Both the position numbers and the translations under genes were made by a program. This document shows, one piece after another, positions 1-6,412 of a stretch of 6,412 nucleotides of DNA (the first letter of the stretch is position 1; each line of letters begins with the position of its first letter). The notes under the pieces were generated by a model, which worked only from the letters and a program-made list of their open reading frames with translations, searched no databases and was not told the DNA's origin. The DNA is from Trichoplax adhaerens (Eukaryota > Animalia > Placozoa), in the NCBI RefSeq assembly GCF_000150275.1, contig NW_002060988.1, forward strand, positions 1 through 6,412, given 5' to 3'.

Positions 1-412
1 CCTTATTTTCACTACGGAAAATGAGTCGTTATGCGTTATCGCACCGTGAGCATCAGCACATTATTGAAGATAGATAATAAATCTATTCATTGACTAGTAT
101 AGAGACAAACTTTAATTATGTAAAAGTTCTGTAATCTACCGGTATCTCGCAATTTTAAATTACTGAAATATTATCGCGAAAAGATTAGCTAGAACGCGAA
201 AAACTTCATCAATTAAACTTCCGTACTTAAAATACGCATTTAAAACTATAATTTATGTATTGATGTTGTGTCTAAGCGCTATTTAAATAGAGCTGTTAAA
301 GTTTTTTTTCGATTCATGCAAAAATAACAACCAGTTGTTCATTTGATAAATAATAATTTTAAAGCAATATAAAGTATTAGAATGTAAAATTTGACTGAAG
401 TTACTTTTATAG

Positions 413-507
413 GTTAGTGCCATACTAATTGTACTAGGCTACAAGAATTTAAGACAGACAAGAAGTATAAAATTACATACCGAAAATGACGTGCCCTATT
501 TAATGAA
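413..507 (+). CDS. Adhesion/class-B GPCR (7tm_2), internal exon: second half of TM5 and ICL3 (VSAILIVLGYKNLRQTRSIKLHTENDVPYLM-K)
   Basis: Acceptor ttacttttatAG|GTT at 411-412 and donor AA|GTaaaa at 508. The 95-nt exon is open and ends in phase 2; AA plus the G of the next exon gives Lys. A hydrophobic stretch followed by a basic loop fits TM5/ICL3. No upstream exon was identified in the window. Confidence 0.8.
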
Positions 508-616
508 GTAAAATAAGATTGCAATATCCTATTCTGTAATTGCATTTCCGTTTAAAAGTGATCAAGATGTAGCACTGTAATAAACTATCAACAAAATTTT
601 GTGTTAAAAATTTTAG

Positions 617-743
617 GAGTTTTTTGCCAGCGGCCTTAATTCTCATGCTATTACTTGTTATTGACTGGACGCTGTTTGTATTATTTGTTGCCATCGGTAA
701 TGTTGTACTGCAATATCTTTTCGCCGTAATCAACTTTTTGCAG
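617..743 (+). CDS. Adhesion/class-B GPCR, internal exon: TM6, ECL3 and first half of TM7 (SFLPAALILMLLLVIDWTLFVLFVAIGNVVLQYLFAVINFLQ)
   Basis: Acceptor aattttAG at 615-616 and donor CAG|GTaaat at 744; 127 nt, phase 2 to phase 0. QYLFAVINFLQ matches the adhesion-GPCR TM7 consensus xYLFAIFNSLQ(G). LLLVIDW corresponds to TM6 LLGLTW. Introns at K|S before TM6 and after the TM7 Gln match the layout I recall for latrophilin-like receptors. Confidence 0.9.
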
Positions 744-1024
744 GTAAATGTGTAGCATTCTTAGTTATTGTATACGGTTTGCAGTTTTTGATATTATCAT
801 TAACATATTTAAATAAGAATTAGAATTTGGGGACTTTTTCGATTTGATTTAATTATTTCTATTTACATCTTCTACCTACTGCTCGTTTATATTTATTTTT
901 ACATGCAATGTTCGAATTATGATTTGAAGAGACTACAGACAATTCTGTTACTATTTGTCTATCTATCTTGTAACTAGGACGTCTAATTAAATTTGATTAC
1001 TGAAAAAATTCAATTTATTACTAG

Positions 1025-1084
1025 GCGCTATATATATTTGCCTTTTATGGACTTAAGCAAATTATGTGCGGTAATATTGATCAG
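1025..1084 (+). CDS. Adhesion/class-B GPCR, exon: end of TM7 and helix 8 (ALYIFAFYGLKQIMCGNIDQ)
   Basis: Acceptor tttattactAG at 1023-1024 and donor CAG|GTaggc at 1085; 60 nt, phase 0/0. ALYIFAFYGL corresponds to the consensus GFFIFIFHCL. An alternative donor G|GTaata at 1071 is possible. Confidence 0.8.
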
Positions 1085-1392
1085 GTAGGCAATCTTGCTC
1101 TTAATAATCTAAATATGTGTTACAATTACATATATTTGAAAGCTGTAGGCATGAGTAATCATAAGTAATATTCTCTCTAGAAAATTTCTAAAGTGTTTGT
1201 TTATTAGCTGATGATCTATACTTCACGACCGAATATTACTATAAACTGAATTTTAGAATAAAATATTGAATTAAAAGATTAAATTGACAGCAATGAATAA
1301 CAAAACTATTAGATTATAAAATGAACTGAATCTCTACTTTGTAGATCCTAACTAATAATCAATATTATATTACTGTATCATGATCAACCTAG

Positions 1393-1455
1393 GATGGATC
1401 AAAAGCGAGCGAATTGGAATTGACAAGCATCAATAAGCAAAAACCAAAAAAATAA
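1393..1455 (+). CDS. Adhesion/class-B GPCR, probable terminal exon (DGSKASELELTSINKQKPKK*)
   Basis: Acceptor caacctAG at 1391-1392 is phase 0 and compatible with the 1084 donor. The hydrophilic frame is open and ends in TAA TAA. An alternative acceptor at 1343-1344 would give ILTNNQYYITVS*. Confidence 0.6.
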   Translation, partial: DGSKASELELTSINKQKPKK

Positions 1456-1776
1456 TAAGTATTTAGTTTATCTGCGCTAAGGGTGAATTATTTAAATACT
1501 GAATTATTAATCGATCTAGTTTTTAATTTTATCGTACATTCTTCGCTGGGTAAATTAGGATTGTTAAATATCAAATTCAAAAATTTACTAGAGTAGTTTT
1601 AATCTTCCGCTGATGCATTCTTTACAATTTTGATATGTCTGGATACCATATTTACAATTTAAATTTATTCTAAATATGAATGGAACTACTGAGGATTTTC
1701 GGTTTTTGCTAGTATAGAATCTAATACAGTAGTATTATTATACTCATGCTTAATCTCTAACAAGCTATGACTAGAA

Positions 1777-2146
1777 NNNNNNNNNNNNNNNNNNNNNNNN
1801 NNNNNNNNNNNNNNNNNNNNNNNNNNNNNNNNNNNNNNNNNNNNNNNNNNNNNNNNNNNNNNNNNNNNNNNNNNNNNNNNNNNNNNNNNNNNNNNNNNNN
1901 NNNNNNNNNNNNNNNNNNNNNNNNNNNNNNNNNNNNNNNNNNNNNNNNNNNNNNNNNNNNNNNNNNNNNNNNNNNNNNNNNNNNNNNNNNNNNNNNNNNN
2001 NNNNNNNNNNNNNNNNNNNNNNNNNNNNNNNNNNNNNNNNNNNNNNNNNNNNNNNNNNNNNNNNNNNNNNNNNNNNNNNNNNNNNNNNNNNNNNNNNNNN
2101 NNNNNNNNNNNNNNNNNNNNNNNNNNNNNNNNNNNNNNNNNNNNNN
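1777..2146. other. Assembly gap (370 N)
   Basis: Run of N in the sequence. Confidence 1.
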
Positions 2147-2362
2147 CTGATTACATTACTAATTTGATAAAAATTGTAGAATAAAATCTTAAATATTATT
2201 TGGAGATCCTTTAATTCCTGTTTACGTAAAATCCAAAGATAGTTCATTCCACTGCAATAATAGTAACATAGTAACTTAACCATCAATTTGCAGTATAGGA
2301 TTGATCGTAACTTTTGTCACTTATTACTTTGTCTTCAGCTGTATAGCGGAAAAGTAAAAACA

Positions 2363-3357
2363 ATAACAACAAGGCTCGACATCCTGGCTCCAGTAGCTTT
2401 ATTCCAAGATATCTATAGTAGTAGAGTTGTTTGCATAGGATTCGAGTACTGGCAACAAATAAGTAATTGATAATTACAATCATTCATTCAGTGTAGTAAA
2501 TGAACCAGTTTTTGACTCTATTAGCAATACTATTATTTGCATGTCTGACTATATCGTATGCTCTTGGATATCTAGTCCGGAATCATTGAGTACAACTGTG
2601 TAACAAGTCTACATCAAACGTCAAATTTGCAATGTATCCATTCGATGGTGTATAGGAAACAATGAAAATGACATTAATGGAAACTACTATGTTCGCATTA
2701 TTTTATCGGTGGCTTTCTGATAAGAGTGCAATTATGCAATTTGTAGGTTTCAAAACCTTTTCCATACTTTACATCAAACACGTAGTGCATCCTGTCAGTA
2801 CGAAGAGCAGGCTAATAGACGCGAATCAAATACAATTTGCATCATTTTATGCTGTTGATCTTTGCGACTTTACTCTAGCCTTGGACAATATTTTCGAGTC
2901 GGACAACACGATGCATAATCCGTAATTTATGAAGTAACATTTTATTATCGTAAAGTATTGGAGAAACAAGTAGAGTAAAACTGCGGAATATGTTACTCGA
3001 TTAGACAAGCAATTCTAAAGTGCATCACTATTTTATAGTACGCCACATCTTTGCCGGCTAGTATTACACCAAAAAAGTACGTTGATCAACTACAACAAGC
3101 TATAAAGATAATTGATCAATGCTAGCTCTAACTATAGCTATCTTATATTGCCGAACGTCTAACAGGATAAAAATTACTCGCTAGGAAATACTGATAAAAC
3201 TGCACTGTGAAAAGTGAATAAAGATTCACTGCATCCCATTCTTGTTGTCCTACTGCTGTATACAGTAGATCCAGCCTGTACATACTGTATTACTAGACTA
3301 TATCAATTGTAATAATATTAATAGGTATTGAATAGTAGTTGTTCATACCTTCATGAT
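2363..3357 (+). repeat. Direct repeat copy 1 (995 bp visible, about 98.9% identical to 5418-6412)
   Basis: Manual alignment at offset 3055 shows 11 substitutions (2373, 2444, 2579, 2630, 2635, 2644, 2646, 2694, 2996, 3046, 3098) and no indels. True repeat boundaries are hidden by the gap and the window end. Confidence 0.98.
3039..3125 (+). CDS. Possible terminal exon of an unidentified gene (YATSLPASITPKKYVDQLQQAIKIIDQC*); duplicated at 6094-6180
   Basis: Acceptor ctattttatAG at 3037-3038, 28 open codons with protein-like composition, and AATAAA at 3217-3222. No family was recognised, and both copy differences here are non-synonymous (T>I, Q>H). Confidence 0.3.
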   Translation, partial: YATSLPASITPKKYVDQLQQAIKIIDQC

Positions 3358-4566
3358 ACTGCAACATTATCAAATATTGTTCTGTTAAAGCTATCAAGCT
3401 ACCTTACTATACCTATGTTATTATCTATTTCAAATTGAACAATTTTATTATGTTGCAATTGTGAAGTAAAGCTGTACGGCTGCAGTGATCCGCATCGGTA
3501 ACAATGTGAGGTTAATTTATGTATAGAGGTGTTAATTGGTAAGGTGCTTTTATACTTAACCTTCAAATCACGTACATGATTTACCCTGATTAATAAAAAT
3601 ATACCTTACTTTGTATATAACATATATATACGTAAAGATAAGTTAAATATTGTTTTCAGGTGTCGATATCTTTTACTTTATGATACGAACGCCTTATGCA
3701 CGTTTATAAAATGTAAAATTATCATTACCATTGAAAGGAAACGCCAACAAGAATCCTGCGACGAACATAATTTTACTCTGACTGAATAAGTTACGCTGAT
3801 CAACACACGTAAGTATACCATCCTGTAGTGACGCACTCTATATTTTTTGCTAAATCCATTTATGACAGCTAAATTAATCTACAATCAGACTTGAGTCATC
3901 AAACAAAATACTTTTCTTAAATTGAACATCATTATCTTCTACAATCTAAATCATTCTACTTAAGGTATCGCTACTCTACTATTAAAATCCAGCACCTTTC
4001 AGTGCTGGGCATCTTCACAATTACAGTACAGTGTTTCTAGTCACATGTATCTTGTATCATAATTAGTCAACTGGCTAATATTAGTCATCAACAATTTCTA
4101 ATATAGTAGTTATCAATCATCTAATATTAGCTTCACGATAATATCTATTCTTAGTAACCTAAATATAGCAAATAGAGCTGTTAACATAATCAAATATGGG
4201 GTGCATCACTACACGTCCCTATAAATTGAATTGAACTGCATACAGTAGAATATCAAATTACAATCTGTAAAATTAAATGGCGATCATTGAAATCAATGCT
4301 TCCTCTTTTGTACACTAAAAACTGAAACCTCTGTGCCCACCAAGATGATTAGCTAGCCAGAAGAAAGAAGATTATTATATATCAATATTTTAATTTTATG
4401 TACAGTAGATAGTGTGCTAAACAATGTTAGAAATACTTTGCTTACATGTAACAATTTAAACACTAAATATCGTTTGAAATGCTACACTCAATCATCAACT
4501 TGGCAATGATATCCAATTCATGCTTACCAAGTATATCGATTTTGTTTATTCTAGTATACCAACGAT

Positions 4567-4626
4567 CTATAGTATTGTACACTTAGGGCAACATGGACAT
4601 TTTCTTTGCGTATTAGAAGTTACCAC
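4567..4626 (-). CDS. Last coding exon of a CaaX-terminated protein (VVTSNTQRKCPCCPKCTIL*)
   Basis: Minus-strand acceptor gattgttattacAG|GTG. The other two frames stop within four codons, while this one runs 19 codons and ends in CTIL immediately before TAG, with basic residues and three additional Cys upstream. Confidence 0.75.
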   Translation of the reverse strand: MVTSNTQRKCPCCPKCTIL

Positions 4627-4765
4627 CTGTAATAACAATCAACGATTACAATCAAATAATGTTCTCGCAACTCAAATTGAATTTCTACTCGTATTACGAA
4701 CAGCTTAATATTAGCCATATCAAATGTGATTACGGAATAATATATAAGAATATTCGTAGAATAAC

Positions 4766-4839
4766 CGTATGCTTGAAAAGTTCATTTTCATCTACCATCT
4801 TATCCAATTTATCTAATCTTCCAACACTTGGTATTTCAT
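4766..4839 (-). CDS. Internal exon of the CaaX-terminated protein ((D)EIPSVGRLDKLDKMVDENELFKHT); resembles the R-SNARE zero-layer region
   Basis: Acceptor attataatAG|AT (phase 1) and a weak donor ACG|GTtatt (phase 0); 74 nt. Phases fit both neighbouring exons. RLDKLDKMV resembles Ykt6 RGEKLDDLV. Confidence 0.65.
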
Positions 4840-5210
4840 CTATTATAATCAAAGTCTTGCACTTAAATTGAATAATCATTTCGATTTAGTTTCATTTATG
4901 ACTTTTAATAGTATTGCTAAATACTACGAATTTTATAAGCAGCTGATCACATTGACTGTTGTATATCAATTTAAGAAACTATAAAAAAGCATGAAAATAA
5001 AGTATTTTTACATGGAGGTTAATCTGATTGAGGTAAAGTACAGTAGTGCAAAGCAGATGCAGTCTACATTGTGGCGATTAAAGTAAAAGTTCTTGTCAAT
5101 GGTAGATAAACTACGTGGTAGTACACCTTGTATATGATCTATATAATTGTTCAACGGCTATCGCTAAGTATAAAAAGATAGTTACAAATTCAAAGTTATT
5201 CCATAATTAC

Positions 5211-5304
5211 CAATTTTGGTGGCTAGCAGCCTTTTATACTCGTCTAGGTCATCATAGTCATCATCGGTACACTTAATGTTTAATAATCTTTCAGAAAATT
5301 TACT
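5211..5304 (-). CDS. Internal exon of the CaaX-terminated protein (SKFSERLLNIKCTDDDYDDLDEYKRLLATKI)
   Basis: Acceptor atttccgttgttAG|AGT and donor TTG|GTaatt; 94 nt open, phase 0 to phase 1. G plus AT of the next exon gives Asp. DLDEYKRLL resembles Ykt6 ELDETKIIL. The 5' part of the gene runs into the gap. Confidence 0.7.
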
Positions 5305-5367
5305 CTAACAACGGAAATATGACCAAATTAAATACTCATGTAATTCACTATTGCAAAATAATATAGA

Positions 5368-5417
5368 NNNNNNNNNNNNNNNNNNNNNNNNNNNNNNNNN
5401 NNNNNNNNNNNNNNNNN
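5368..5417. other. Assembly gap (50 N, likely a placeholder of unknown size)
   Basis: Run of exactly 50 N. Confidence 1.
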
Positions 5418-6412
5418 ATAACAACAAAGCTCGACATCCTGGCTCCAGTAGCTTTATTCCAAGATATCTATAGTAGTAGAGTTGTTTGCATAGGATTCAA
5501 GTACTGGCAACAAATAAGTAATTGATAATTACAATCATTCATTCAGTGTAGTAAATGAACCAGTTTTTGACTCTATTAGCAATACTATTATTTGCATGTC
5601 TGACTATATCGTATGCTCTTGGATATCTAGTCCAGAATCATTGAGTACAACTGTGTAACAAGTCTACATCAAACGTCAAATTTGTAATGCATCCATTCAA
5701 CGGTGTATAGGAAACAATGAAAATGACATTAATGGAAACTACTATGTTTGCATTATTTTATCGGTGGCTTTCTGATAAGAGTGCAATTATGCAATTTGTA
5801 GGTTTCAAAACCTTTTCCATACTTTACATCAAACACGTAGTGCATCCTGTCAGTACGAAGAGCAGGCTAATAGACGCGAATCAAATACAATTTGCATCAT
5901 TTTATGCTGTTGATCTTTGCGACTTTACTCTAGCCTTGGACAATATTTTCGAGTCGGACAACACGATGCATAATCCGTAATTTATGAAGTAACATTTTAT
6001 TATCGTAAAGTATTGGAGAAACAAGTAGAGTAAAACTGCGGAATATGTTATTCGATTAGACAAGCAATTCTAAAGTGCATCACTATTTTATAGTACGCCA
6101 TATCTTTGCCGGCTAGTATTACACCAAAAAAGTACGTTGATCAACTACAACACGCTATAAAGATAATTGATCAATGCTAGCTCTAACTATAGCTATCTTA
6201 TATTGCCGAACGTCTAACAGGATAAAAATTACTCGCTAGGAAATACTGATAAAACTGCACTGTGAAAAGTGAATAAAGATTCACTGCATCCCATTCTTGT
6301 TGTCCTACTGCTGTATACAGTAGATCCAGCCTGTACATACTGTATTACTAGACTATATCAATTGTAATAATATTAATAGGTATTGAATAGTAGTTGTTCA
6401 TACCTTCATGAT
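5418..6412 (+). repeat. Direct repeat copy 2 (of 2363-3357); starts at the contig edge and runs off the window
   Basis: Same manual alignment. It explains the two identical 87-aa ORFs at 2662 and 5717. Confidence 0.98.

Noticed and set aside
1-51. Possible upstream GPCR exon ending at donor GTGAGC (46)
   Set aside because: The phase-0 frame needed to join exon 413 contains TGA at 22-24 and lacks TM5-like sequence.
285-299. 15-mer AAATAGAGCTGTTAA repeated at 4170-4184
   Set aside because: It is a single AT-rich match with no flanking homology or element structure.
500-733. 77-aa minus-strand ORF
   Set aside because: It is the antisense shadow of the GPCR TM6-TM7 exon and the preceding intron.
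1767-2286. 127-aa and 171-aa ORFs spanning the gap
   Set aside because: They are artefacts of translating through N runs.
2283-2483. Overlapping 60-aa and 66-aa ORFs on opposite strands
   Set aside because: Both are short with no recognisable motif. Several frames are partly open and no consistent exon chain could be built.
2662-2925. 87-aa ORF occurring identically twice (also 5717-5980)
   Set aside because: The identity simply reflects the 99% DNA duplication (one difference inside the ORF). No domain is recognisable, so it is not evidence of protein-level conservation.
3989-4008. Hairpin CCAGCAC-ctttca-GTGCTGG with an overlapping CAGTG (iron-responsive element or terminator-like)
   Set aside because: The CAGUGN is not presented as the loop of a paired stem, and a 7-bp stem can occur by chance.
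4835-4858. Minus-strand KTLIIIDE resembling a Walker B motif
   Set aside because: The hydrophobic part is the AT-rich acceptor region of the intron. There is an in-frame stop shortly upstream and no Walker A.
4520-4871. 62-aa and 70-aa plus-strand ORFs
   Set aside because: They lie antisense to the better-supported minus-strand exons and show no motif.
4567-5304. G-protein gamma subunit or Ras/Rho identity for the CTIL protein
   Set aside because: There are no DPL/NPF motifs of Ggamma and no G4/G5 boxes (NKxD, SAK) in the 75 residues before the CaaX.
1-6412. CRISPR array, tRNA/rRNA, transposase or prokaryotic operon
   Set aside because: No regularly spaced repeats, structural RNA signatures, long ORFs or terminal inverted repeats were seen; the organisation is intron-exon.

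Overview
AT-rich eukaryotic, probably early-branching animal, genomic scaffold with short GT-AG introns and two N gaps (1777-2146, 5368-5417). The style resembles a placozoan, but that is inference only. None of the supplied ORFs is a convincing gene. Manual splicing gives two partial, convergent genes. (1) On the + strand, four exons (413-507, 617-743, 1025-1084, 1393-1455) encode TM5 to the C-terminus of an adhesion/class-B (7tm_2) GPCR with substitutions at several normally conserved positions. (2) On the - strand, three phase-compatible exons (5304-5211, 4839-4766, 4626-4567) encode a 75-aa C-terminal fragment ending in ...RKCPCCPKCTIL*. This is a CaaL prenylation box, preceded by a degenerate segment that aligns by eye to the R-SNARE motif of Ykt6/VAMP7, making it a candidate divergent lipid-anchored longin-type SNARE. 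A 995-bp segment (2363-3357) recurs at 5418-6412 with 11 substitutions and no indels, directly after a 50-N gap; it is either a recent tandem duplication or an uncollapsed haplotype.
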